Assembly: GCA_965208635.1 (NCBI GenBank)
Contig: OZ242349.1
Coordinates: forward strand, 2,049,769-2,113,768
Length of the DNA: 64,000 nucleotides
Direction: 5' to 3'
Source: Candidatus Poribacteria bacterium
Lineage (GTDB): Bacteria; Poribacteria; WGA-4E; WGA-3G
A program made the translations under genes and the position numbers. The stretch's first letter is position 1. The number at the start of each line of letters is the position of its first letter. The notes beneath the pieces were generated by a model. The model had not been told where the DNA came from and ran no database searches. It saw only the letters and a program-made list of their open reading frames with translations. Shown here piece by piece: positions 34,680 to 43,651 of the stretch.

Positions 34680-35462
34680 TCACGGCATCCAGAGATTCCA
34701 CTCCCCTTTTTTCTCCCATTTGCGACATGCGAGGCATAAGCACATATATCGGATTGCGAAACGCGGGGCAGAACCGACATTCATTGCGCCACAATGCGGC
34801 AATAGGTGGTGGAAAAACAGGACATCTCCCTGTTTGGCAACAACTTCCATCGGTTCGCCTAAATCCATCTTTGGAAAATGTGCACCAACATCACGAACAT
34901 GGTTTGAAAATCCTGGGTTTTTCTTACGGAATTCTCGAATCCGTTGTGTACCCTCGGGCCATATCACAGTCGCTCCGCCGTGCACATTCACGTCCGTGAG
35001 GTAGGTTAAACTGGTTGCTCGGAAGGTCCCAGGATCCAGCCGCAAATCCCGAAAGCCGCCATCCAAGTGAGGGGACGGACATTTCCACTCGGAATCCGAA
35101 ATAGGAAATTGATTGAGTGCCCAGATACCATCCGGATGTTGACTCTTACAATGCGGAATCTCCGGATATCGGGAGGCGAGTTGCTTAATAATGGTGAGAT
35201 ACTCAGGTGTACAACACGCTAAGACATCCAGGTGGGTAACGCCGTAAAGTTCAACACGCCTTCCGTCTGCCATCTTCTCCATATAAAAACCGGCGAGCGG
35301 CGGACGCTTGAAATGTCCCCACGAGTCTGGGTTATCCGCATCCATGCCCATCATCTTCCACATCGCTGCCTCTGCTTTTGTGACAGTCTCCTGCGGAATC
35401 AATCCGGAGAGCAGTAGATAACCCTCTTCTTCAAATTGCGTTAATTGTTCCTTTGAGAGCAT
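34680..35462 (-). CDS. PhyH-like Fe(II)/2OG dioxygenase superfamily protein
   Basis: LSKEQLTQFEEEGYLLLSGLI N-terminus, PHLDGGF (HxD) and a later HHLLPH. An AAGGAG SD is present. Confidence 0.6.
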   Translation of the reverse strand: MLSKEQLTQFEEEGYLLLSGLIPQETVTKAEAAMWKMMGMDADNPDSWGHFKRPPLAGFYMEKMADGRRVELYGVTHLDVLACCTPEYLTIIKQLASRYPEIPHCKSQHPDGIWALNQFPISDSEWKCPSPHLDGGFRDLRLDPGTFRATSLTYLTDVNVHGGATVIWPEGTQRIREFRKKNPGFSNHVRDVGAHFPKMDLGEPMEVVAKQGDVLFFHHLLPHCGAMNVGSAPRFAIRYMCLCLACRKWEKKGEWNLWMP

Positions 35463-35480
35463 TGAATACTCCTTATTGTA

Positions 35481-36293
35481 TCAATCTCCAATCGTGAATT
35501 TGGTAATATCAACAGAAGGTTCGGGATACCTCATGTCCAGTTTTCTGAGCGTCTCAACGATGCATTCCGTGATAACGAGATTCCGATACCACTTCTTATT
35601 CGCAGGGATTACATACCAAGGTGCCCAGTCAGTACTACACTTTTCGAGCATCACCTCGTACGCTTGCATATAATCGTCCCAGTAGGCACGTTCACGAACA
35701 TCGGATTCCTCGACTTTCCAATGTTTCGTCGGATCGCTAATCCGAGATTCAAGACGCGCTTTCTGTTCATCTTTTGAGATATGAAGGAAAAATTTCAGGA
35801 CGATCGTTCCATTTTCAACGAGCATCTTCTCAAAATGGTTAATCTGCTGATAGCGCTGCGACCAGACCTCCTCTGGCACCAGATCATGCACCCGAACAAC
35901 AAGGACATCTTCATAGTGCGAACGGTTAAATATACCGATTTTTCCTTTCTGTGGAACGGCTCTATGCGCACGCCATAAGAAATCGCGGGAAAGCTCATCC
36001 GTAGAAGGAACTTTGAAGCTAACAACATCGCAACCTTGGACGTTGATGCCAGCCATTACCCTCCGAATGGTGCCATCTTTACCGCATGTATCCATGCCTT
36101 GCAGAATGATGAGAAGTGCATGCTGATTTCCAGCATAAAGTAGCTCCTGAAGTTTCAGGAGTTGCTTATGAAGTTTTTTCAGCCTGCGCTTCGTCTGACC
36201 TTTTTTTTCGTAATCCCCAGTGAAATCGGGGGGATAATCGTTCAGACCGACGAGTTCGCCGGGTTTAATAATATTTTTAGTCTCAAGTTCCAT
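35481..36293 (-). CDS. ppk2: polyphosphate kinase 2 (PPK2) family phosphotransferase
   Basis: LLIILQGMDTCGKDGTIRRV (Walker A-like), FLWRAHRAVPQKGKIGIFNRSHYEDVLVVRVH. Confidence 0.9.
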   Translation of the reverse strand: MELETKNIIKPGELVGLNDYPPDFTGDYEKKGQTKRRLKKLHKQLLKLQELLYAGNQHALLIILQGMDTCGKDGTIRRVMAGINVQGCDVVSFKVPSTDELSRDFLWRAHRAVPQKGKIGIFNRSHYEDVLVVRVHDLVPEEVWSQRYQQINHFEKMLVENGTIVLKFFLHISKDEQKARLESRISDPTKHWKVEESDVRERAYWDDYMQAYEVMLEKCSTDWAPWYVIPANKKWYRNLVITECIVETLRKLDMRYPEPSVDITKFTIGD

Positions 36294-36303
36294 ATTTTTA
36301 ATA

Positions 36304-36456
36304 GTTGTCAGTTATCGGTTGTCGGTTATCGGAAGAATAGTTATAGGTCTTCGGTAGAGCGATTGCCGGTTTTAACCATCAACTCGCTTCCGGTTACAGT
36401 TACAAGAGGATTTCGTTAAACGAAAATCTCTTAACTGAAAACCGACTACCGAAAGG
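36304..36456 (+). repeat. family B repeat mosaic (heptamer array, accatcaactcgc module, hairpin core)
   Basis: gttgtca gttatcg gttgtcg gttatcg, then ttaaccatcaactcgc, then cggttacagttacaagaggatttcgttaaacgaaaatctcttaactgaaaaccgactaccgaaaggg. The modules are shared with 7250..7415. Confidence 0.6.
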
Positions 36457-36518
36457 GTTGCGTAGCAACCCCGGTGAATGCCACACGGCATTCATACCGT
36501 TGATTTGCCGAAAACCAC

Positions 36519-39500
36519 TTATTGCGATAAAAACTCGTAGTAATCGTCAACGAGTCTACGGTACTCAGGCGGGACATCCTCCTTTGCGACCTGAGCGAGC
36601 CGTTTCTTCTCCTGTAGCGTGTTAAGCCGCTCTTCAAGTGCGGACTCCAACTTATCAAGGTCTCTAATAACGAATTCGTAGTTAGGAAATGGATTTGAGC
36701 GATTCCCGGGTCGGTAGTCCATTGTATCAAGCATACCGAGCCAGAGTCTATCAATCTCCCTGTTTGACTCCCTGCCCCCAACACGTGCTTCCTGATCTGA
36801 GGGTTCATCGGGATTTCCAGGTTGGTTCCCATCCCGACGCTGCCTCGCCTCTTGTGCGCGCTGCATCTGTTCTTGAATCTGTTGTTGTTGCTGCGCGAGC
36901 TGTTCCCGACGCTGCTGTTGCTCTTCCGTCTGCTCCTGACCTTCCATCGCTTGAAGTTCGCGTTCGATGTCCTGCATCCGTTCCCGAGCTTGTTGGAGTT
37001 GTTCAAGTTCGGCTTCGAGTTGCTCTTCTTCGGTATTCGCCATATTGGCTCGCGCCTGCTGCAGATCCCCTTGTGTCTGCTCCAATGTATCTAAGACCGC
37101 TTGCTGATTCTGGTTAGCGGCTCGGAAACTACGCCATTGTAAGGCACGTTGCGCAGTCGCCATATCTTCCGCAGTCTGCTCTTCAGCGAGACGTCTTGTC
37201 GCCTCTGCTACATTCTGGGCTGCCTCCGGATTGTCCGGAGTGAGTTGCTCCTGAATGTCTCTCAGTGTGCGGTCAAGTGTCTCCAGATTCCGTTGAAGTT
37301 CGCGCTGCTGATTGGCAAGTTCAGACGCCCTTCGGAAATCTTCAGGACGCATCTCTGATGCCTGAGAACGACCCCTGAGTTCCTGTGTCTGCTGCTGAAC
37401 ATCAGATTGCGCTTCTGTCAACTCCTGAAGTTGTTGAGAGGCTCTATCCAGCGCAGCATCTGTGTACTCTGCCGCGACCTTTTCCAACTGCTCAATGGCT
37501 TCCTGAAGTCTCTCCTCCGCCTTTTGTCCCTTGGCGGCACTCAACTGCGGTTCCTCCTGTTGCATGCCCTGCGAGGCTTCTTCCATCTGTTCACTTGCTT
37601 GTTGCATCGCCTCTCCAGCTTGGTTTAGGCGTTGCCCTTGGGTGCCTTGTCCACTCTGTTGCATGGTGCTGAGTTGCTGTGCCATCTGCTGCGCTTGTTG
37701 TGACAACTGCCCCTGTTGCTGGCTGTTCTGTTGCATTTCACTTGGCGAGGGTTGGTTTTCACGTCCTAACTGTTGGCTTTGTTCACTCAACTGCTGCTGT
37801 TCCCCCAGCATCTGACGCGCTTGATCCAACATCTCCTGCGTTTGCTCCTGCATTTCCATGTCGAGTTCGTTCTGCTGATTCTCAAGCTCGCTTTGCAACT
37901 CCTCCATCTCAAGTTCAAGCTCCTCGGCGAGTTGGGGATTACTATTCCGCATCTGCATCAGCACTTTGGGAATCTCAAGGCTAACTTTTATGAGCAATTC
38001 AAGTGCTGCCTGTTCCGGCGGAATTGCTTCATCAGGACGGACAGCGTTTAGACTATCACTCGCTTCACCCATTTTGTCTATTGCGTCCTCAAGGTTCATC
38101 AGAATCTCGGGCGTGACGGCTGATTCCCCTTGCATCGCAGCACTAAATTCATCTACAACCCGTTGCGTCTTATCCTTTAATTCGGTTTGTTTTTCGCCCG
38201 TTTTCCTAACGGCAGCCTGATATTTCTGGGTAACCGCCACAGGTTTCGCACGAATGTGCTTTGATGTCTCTCGGATAATCTCCTTCTGGGAACTAATTAC
38301 ATCCGAAAGTGGATTCGGTTCAGTTGGTCCGGGTTCCCCCTCACTTTCGCCTTCGTGGAAATTCTCATTAAAGGGACGGATTTCAATGAAGTAAAGGTCG
38401 CTACTATCTTCGCCGGGACCGGTGCGTGTGTTATTATCAGTAGCGTGGGCGTAGTAGGAGATAATATCGCCCGGTTCAATGTCAAATTCCTCCAAGTAGA
38501 AGGTATAGGCACCCTCTGCATATTGGCTTTCGGCTGACTGCGACGCAGGTTTCCGCGTACGGGAGTCCTGCGGGACAATGCTGACTGCTTCTTTCGACGA
38601 TTCCATCACAAGTGCCTGTAATTCATCAGATCCGATGCGATACATGAGTTTTAATTCTGCAACGCCGTAGTCATCTGTTGCTTCAGCGATGATCTCCACC
38701 TCATCTAACTTCGTAGCTTTCACATCTCGACCGGGTTCCTTGATAACGACTTCTGGAACAGCATCTGGAATGGCTCTGATCATGTATTCAATCGGTATCT
38801 CGTTGTTAAACCCATCAATACACAACAACTGAATATCATAACTTCCGTCCTCAACAACATCTATAGTGGTCGTAAGCGTATTTCCATCAGAGATAGTCAT
38901 TTGCGTTGAAACAGGTTCTGGGGTCGCACTCAATTCTTGGGCAGTGGAAACCTGTAAGTCGTTCACTACATCAGTTCTATGGGAGAACGTCGCAGTTTGA
39001 ATCGCTTTATTTGTCATAAGCCTTATTTCTGCTTGAGTACCAACGACAGCATGAATATCCCCTGTCCCTGTTTGCACAACAGGCTTAAGACCGGTGTAGT
39101 CAGGGTAAGTGTAAGCGACCGAAATTTCAGTCACTTTTGGCATTTCAAAGACCTCAACAGTATAGCGTTCTGAAGTCGCCTCGTTTGCAACGACAGAGTA
39201 TTCCATATCGGCATCAATGTTGAAAATTTCATACGCAAACCCGCGCTTATCGTCCGGATTTTGCAGCATGTTAATTTGTTGTTCGCCTTTGTTGACATCG
39301 GATGTCGAGAGTTGCTGCACACCAATATCTCTATACGTCAAAACGACCTTATCCGCGGATTTACCGGTGACAGTGATATAAATCGGCAGGCTCTTGCCGC
39401 GGAGGATACGCGCATTTCCCGGCTCAACAGCCAGTTTGGTTGTCAGAATAGGATCTGTTTTCTCCCAAGGGACCAACACCCGGAGGAGGCTCGTATGAAT

Positions 39501-40025
39501 TTCCGTCGGAAACAACAATGAAAGGATAACACACCCGACAACAACCAAAGCAGCAATGCCGACATGCTTACGGGTTCGACTTTGATCGATCGTTGCTTTG
39601 AAATTGATGCCTTTTACCCGCTCAGTGGTATCCTCAAGCAAGCGTTGAAGCATGTGTGTCTCAATCGGATCCGCCGATTCTCGGTTTCCGAATTCAATGG
39701 CACTCACCAACCTATCTTCAAGGTCCGGATGATTGCGTTCAACGTTGAGGGCGACATCACGAAGCGTGAGCGATGCTCGGAGCGGTTGAACGAGATACTT
39801 ATACAACAGGTAACCCATAACACCTGCACCGACCCCTAATAAAGTGATGCGTACAGTGCCAGGGAGCGGCATCAGCCAATCAATGATCGCTTCCCCCACA
39901 AGTAAAGCAATAACACCCGTCAAGACAATAGCAAACCCTGTCCAGAAGAGACTTCGTTTCCAGACCCGCCGTGCTCCTGAAATTCTCGCTTGTAATTCCG
40001 CGTAACCTTCTCTTGTATTCATCAT
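36519..40025 (-). CDS. giant membrane-anchored protein: 2 N-terminal TM helices, DUF4175-like segment, beta-rich middle, ~350-aa Q/E-rich coiled-coil/low-complexity region
   Basis: The TM pair is followed by LRDVALNVERNHPDLEDRLVSAIEF, which I recall as DUF4175-like. The Q/E-rich tract spans roughly 36890..37925. Confidence 0.6.
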   Translation of the reverse strand: MMNTREGYAELQARISGARRVWKRSLFWTGFAIVLTGVIALLVGEAIIDWLMPLPGTVRITLLGVGAGVMGYLLYKYLVQPLRASLTLRDVALNVERNHPDLEDRLVSAIEFGNRESADPIETHMLQRLLEDTTERVKGINFKATIDQSRTRKHVGIAALVVVGCVILSLLFPTEIHTSLLRVLVPWEKTDPILTTKLAVEPGNARILRGKSLPIYITVTGKSADKVVLTYRDIGVQQLSTSDVNKGEQQINMLQNPDDKRGFAYEIFNIDADMEYSVVANEATSERYTVEVFEMPKVTEISVAYTYPDYTGLKPVVQTGTGDIHAVVGTQAEIRLMTNKAIQTATFSHRTDVVNDLQVSTAQELSATPEPVSTQMTISDGNTLTTTIDVVEDGSYDIQLLCIDGFNNEIPIEYMIRAIPDAVPEVVIKEPGRDVKATKLDEVEIIAEATDDYGVAELKLMYRIGSDELQALVMESSKEAVSIVPQDSRTRKPASQSAESQYAEGAYTFYLEEFDIEPGDIISYYAHATDNNTRTGPGEDSSDLYFIEIRPFNENFHEGESEGEPGPTEPNPLSDVISSQKEIIRETSKHIRAKPVAVTQKYQAAVRKTGEKQTELKDKTQRVVDEFSAAMQGESAVTPEILMNLEDAIDKMGEASDSLNAVRPDEAIPPEQAALELLIKVSLEIPKVLMQMRNSNPQLAEELELEMEELQSELENQQNELDMEMQEQTQEMLDQARQMLGEQQQLSEQSQQLGRENQPSPSEMQQNSQQQGQLSQQAQQMAQQLSTMQQSGQGTQGQRLNQAGEAMQQASEQMEEASQGMQQEEPQLSAAKGQKAEERLQEAIEQLEKVAAEYTDAALDRASQQLQELTEAQSDVQQQTQELRGRSQASEMRPEDFRRASELANQQRELQRNLETLDRTLRDIQEQLTPDNPEAAQNVAEATRRLAEEQTAEDMATAQRALQWRSFRAANQNQQAVLDTLEQTQGDLQQARANMANTEEEQLEAELEQLQQARERMQDIERELQAMEGQEQTEEQQQRREQLAQQQQQIQEQMQRAQEARQRRDGNQPGNPDEPSDQEARVGGRESNREIDRLWLGMLDTMDYRPGNRSNPFPNYEFVIRDLDKLESALEERLNTLQEKKRLAQVAKEDVPPEYRRLVDDYYEFLSQ

Positions 40026-40111
40026 TTTTTTAATTTTCCTTGCGGTTCGGTCAGAGGAATTGGGTCCATCGTGTCATTCTGCGTAGACCCGCCTGCGCCG
40101 TTGTTGCAGGC
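40026..40111 (-). repeat. family A repeat copy that ends exactly at the start codon of the giant gene
   Basis: The reverse complement reads gcctgcaacaacggcgcaggcggg...ccgcaaggaaaattaaaaaa, followed by the ATG at 40025. Confidence 0.7.
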
Positions 40112-40158
40112 TATATCCTTTGGATCTTTAAAAGAGCCATCGGAGGAATAGCATATTT

Positions 40159-40845
40159 CTAAGAAGAAGAACCCACTTGGAATAAAGTATCAACACCGAT
40201 TCTTAATAGCCAAATGATGACTGCCGTAAGACATGCTTTTGTTCTACTGACTTCCGCGAGTGTAGAAATCGCCACAGTTAAAACAAAGATAATCCATATA
40301 CCCAAGATATCTATATAACTGAAAAAAAACAGAAGATACAGATTTTCGACAGATGGCACCAACATGTGGACCGCGGGAATAATTCTCATATCAACAACTG
40401 TTTCAATATCCTCAAGCCGTTTAAAAACTGGAAGAAATGCGATATTGATAAAAAATGTCACTGGATTAATCAAGATAGTGTGCCACCAAGCCGCGAAGAT
40501 GTGTTTAAATTTGAGTGCCTCATTTACCTTGAAAACTCGCGATGCCACGGTGAGTGCAACACTAAACACAACAGCACAGAGAATCCCAAGGATAATCCCA
40601 CCCATCGCAACAAACACCATAGATGCCGCTTTGGTAGATCCAAACAACTCAATACCGGCGAAACTACCCACATATTGTGGATTAATGAACTTCTGCGTAA
40701 ACGGGAAAACTATCCATGCCAATACTACGACGAGAAAACAGAAGACACCGAACGCAACTCCCCATTTTGGTTTAGATTGCAGCCGCGTAAATGTAGCTTT
40801 CGGGTTCGCAACGAGATCAATGAGATTTTGCCAACTCTCTCTCAT
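40159..40845 (-). CDS. Yip1-domain family membrane protein
   Basis: MRESWQNLIDLVANPKATF parallels the N-terminus of the upstream paralog, with 5 TM helices. The track start at 40902 probably over-extends. Confidence 0.55.
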   Translation of the reverse strand: MRESWQNLIDLVANPKATFTRLQSKPKWGVAFGVFCFLVVVLAWIVFPFTQKFINPQYVGSFAGIELFGSTKAASMVFVAMGGIILGILCAVVFSVALTVASRVFKVNEALKFKHIFAAWWHTILINPVTFFINIAFLPVFKRLEDIETVVDMRIIPAVHMLVPSVENLYLLFFFSYIDILGIWIIFVLTVAISTLAEVSRTKACLTAVIIWLLRIGVDTLFQVGSSS

Positions 40846-40879
40846 AATTCCGAACGAGTAGCCATAAGACCTACCTCCC

Positions 40880-41563
40880 TTAGGAGGCAAAGACAACCTC
40901 AATCAGAATACTGATTCCCCACAGGATGACCGCTGCCACACGAGCCCTATTTTTTTCTAAATCGGCAAGCACCGCGATTGCTATTGCTATCACTGCGATT
41001 AGCCATAGACTCAGCGGATTAATGTGACTGAGGAACACCAGTAACTTAGCGTTTGCCCCAGAATCAACCAGCATGTGTAGCCCCGGAATCATTTTGAAGT
41101 CCGCCGTGCTTTTGACATCGCCTGCGTCTCTAAAAACGAGCAAAAGCGCGGTGTTGACGAGCTGTATGAGGCAATTAATCAGCCAAATATGGATAACAGC
41201 GGCGTAGATATGCTTAAATCTTAACGTATCGTTCTTCACCAGAAACCGGGCCGCTAATCGGAGGAGCGCACTGCCAATGATAAATCCCAAAATCGCAAAG
41301 ATAGGAAAGAGAAAGATACCAATGTTCTTGAAAATCTGAGCGATATTTTCCGCAGCTTCAAGTTGTTCTGCCTGTAAATCGTTTTCCTGAAGTTGTACCT
41401 CTATGAGTGCTTCAGTGTATGGCATGACAGCCCAGCCGATAAGAACAGAGAACAGATAGAACACAATAAACGCTATTCCTGACCTCGGTTGCAATTTGAG
41501 CTGCGAAAACGCCGCACTCGGCTCAGCGATGATGTTACCAATGTTCTGAAAACTCTCTTTCAT
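40880..41563 (-). CDS. Yip1-domain family membrane protein (paralog)
   Basis: MKESFQNIGNIIAEPSAAF, 5 TM helices, and a shared LRFKHIYAA/LKFKHIFAA motif. Confidence 0.55.
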   Translation of the reverse strand: MKESFQNIGNIIAEPSAAFSQLKLQPRSGIAFIVFYLFSVLIGWAVMPYTEALIEVQLQENDLQAEQLEAAENIAQIFKNIGIFLFPIFAILGFIIGSALLRLAARFLVKNDTLRFKHIYAAVIHIWLINCLIQLVNTALLLVFRDAGDVKSTADFKMIPGLHMLVDSGANAKLLVFLSHINPLSLWLIAVIAIAIAVLADLEKNRARVAAVILWGISILIEVVFAS

Positions 41564-41713
41564 TTCTCTTTCCTCTTAGACCCAATTCTCTTGGAATAGT
41601 TCTTTAAAGAAGTGTCAGGTTGATGTGAACGTTAGACACCACTCGTTCAAGCGTCCGGATAGCATAGCAAACTCGATACAAAATAGTGAAACATCGCAAT
41701 TTGGAAATCGTCC

Positions 41714-42880
41714 CTACTGCTTCGTTTTTTCTTTCTCAAGCTGTGACTTCTGCCAACCGTAATCAACGCCACCCTCGTAGAATTTGTCCGGATGCTCCAC
41801 TGCCCAAATTTGTTTATGGATAATCCAGTTCTGCGGGTCTAATGCCAAAGCCTTCCGCCATTCTGCCATTGCTTCCTCTTTTTTACCGACCTCCAATAAG
41901 ACCAAGCCAAGTTGAAAACGCGCAGAGGCTTCGGTGGTAACCTGAGCGTTTACCGCATTCAAGAGTTTCACATCACGAAGCAATTTCACATTATAATCGG
42001 GGTCCGATACCCACTTTTCAAGCATCGTGAGGGTTTTCTGATCCGCAACATTGATGTTGAAAGGTCCTTTTACCAACCGTCCTGCCTCATCAATCATAAC
42101 GCCATAGGGAATAGCTTTGAGGTCATAGCGGGTACCGAATGTATTTTGTGAATCAACGAGCGTGACAAAATCGGCATCTGCCGCATCATGCCAAGGACGC
42201 ACGACGGATGCGCCTTGTGCATCAAGTGCAATGGAGACAAGGTTTAACTTCTCCCAGTGTTTAGCATAAAACGCCTGCCAGCCTGGCAGCTGTTCACGAC
42301 ACCCTCACCACGAACCCCAAACATAGAGTAGTGTCTTTTTCCCTCTGAAATCTTGTAAGTGTCTGGGTGTCCCTTCAAGGTCGGGAAGTGTGAATTCGGG
42401 TGCGAGATGCATAGGTTGAATAATCTCTAATCGGTTTACTGATACTTCGTAGATTTCAAAGCCGAAGGGTTCTGTAACCAGCACCGGTTGGACATAAGTT
42501 ACGCCATCAATATCAACAACACCCTTGTGCGAGCCTATAGAGGAGCCCTGTGGGGCAATATCTTGGAATTCGAGAGGTACACACAATTCTGATGCCCCAC
42601 CACAGAGAACCGCCATCTTCGCACCTTCTGGGTACTCGACTTTTAAGCCGAGCTGTTTGGCGAAAGGTTCCAAAGGCACGAACCATTTATCCTCTCTGAG
42701 AATAGGAGGTGCGGCAAATGTGACACGTTGTGCCTCTATCGTAATCTGCAGATCCTCTCTACTCATATTCTCCTCTTCGGCTAACCCTACCCGTAAGTCC
42801 ACTGCACAGAACAGAGCCGTTGTCAACATTATGAACCCCACTATACGCCCCAGTCTGCGAACTGATATTGCGAGAATCAT
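41714..42880 (-). CDS. exported thioredoxin-fold (TlpA/ResA-like redoxin) protein with N-terminal copper-amine-oxidase-N1-like domain and C-terminal TPR, read through an in-frame UGA (42305..42307) at the active-site Cys position; putative selenoprotein
   Basis: Track ORFs 42305..42880 and 41714..42202 share a frame, and the 34 codons between them contain no stop. Read-through gives APEFTLPDLEGTPRHLQDFRGKKTLLYVWGSW-U-GCREQLPGWQAFYAKH..., where TlpA/ResA proteins have FWASWCGPCR. Confidence 0.75.
42275..42289 (-). promoter_or_regulatory. bacterial SECIS-like hairpin after UGA 42307..42305
   Basis: On the minus strand, cugcca-ggc-uggcag forms a 6-bp stem. The loop starts 21 nt after the UGA and its first base is G. 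Confidence 0.45.
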
Positions 42881-43245
42881 TGTGTACCCTTCTCCCTGTG
42901 TTCTGAATCATAAATCAGGAATTTAATAATCTTTTCCGTGGTCTTGAGATTAAGCCCCGAACCCGGTTTCCGCATCATCTTATAGACATACTTTCGCCAT
43001 TCCTCTGCGTTAAAAGTAGAATTAATCGGGCGTGCAACGGTATGGCACCGGCTACATTTACGGGTAAAAAGTTCGTAAGCCTCCTGCATCTCAGGTGAAT
43101 AGGTGGTAACATCAATAAAGTTAGGTCCTTTATCTGCTGGATAGGTTTTAGGGACCGCACGCGGGGCGCGCAAGGCGTAGATCATCCCAATCCCAACGAG
43201 AAAAATAACACCCAGGACAGCAATCCAAACAATAGGTTGTTTCAT
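42877..43245 (-). CDS. membrane-anchored small protein with a single CxxCH (c-type heme-binding-like) motif
   Basis: N-terminal TM helix and a CSRCH motif. Its stop overlaps the start of the downstream gene (ATGA, 42877..42880). Confidence 0.5.
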   Translation of the reverse strand: MKQPIVWIAVLGVIFLVGIGMIYALRAPRAVPKTYPADKGPNFIDVTTYSPEMQEAYELFTRKCSRCHTVARPINSTFNAEEWRKYVYKMMRKPGSGLNLKTTEKIIKFLIYDSEHREKGTQ

Positions 43246-43282
43246 CTGTTAGTGAGCTTAGATCCCCGCAACATCACCTGAA

Positions 43283-43651
43283 TTAGGGCATCGCGTTAAT
43301 ACTTACATCACCGCCGTTTATAACATCCAATATCACGCGACTTCCATAAAGCAAAGACATTCCGACCAAGGGACCACCGTCTGTTTGCAGAGTGGACACG
43401 TTGTGTTCTTCGCCATGCCACAGGACGGACAAGAGGTACTTCTCTAAAACTACCTCAGTTCCATCCCCAAGAATTACCGCTTGATTATCAATCTGTCGGA
43501 GTTTGAGCAGGTTGATTAAATCGCCTGGCAAAGCCAAATAGCCAGAAAAGCCTGTATCAACGACAGCCTCAATTTTTTCACGCCTATTTAATCCTATGAC
43601 AACCAATTCGATGACCACTTCCAGATCGGTTGTAACTTTTCCTATAATCAT
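43283..43651 (-). CDS. retropepsin-like (clan AA) aspartic protease, single domain
   Basis: VVDTGFSGYLALP (D-T-G catalytic motif) in a ~120-aa protein, as in the AF_0612-type bacterial/archaeal family. Confidence 0.7.
   Translation of the reverse strand: MIIGKVTTDLEVVIELVVIGLNRREKIEAVVDTGFSGYLALPGDLINLLKLRQIDNQAVILGDGTEVVLEKYLLSVLWHGEEHNVSTLQTDGGPLVGMSLLYGSRVILDVINGGDVSINAMP

Noticed and set aside
36689-38220. Many plus-strand ORFs of 60-140 aa (Cys/Leu/Ser/Pro-rich) opposite the giant gene.
   Set aside because: They lie antisense or out of frame within the Q/E-rich low-complexity region of 36519..40025. Stop-free frames there are a compositional artefact.
40364-40914. 165- and 182-aa plus-strand ORFs opposite the Yip1 gene.
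   Set aside because: They are antisense to a membrane-protein gene that has a clear paralog next door, and their composition is not protein-like.
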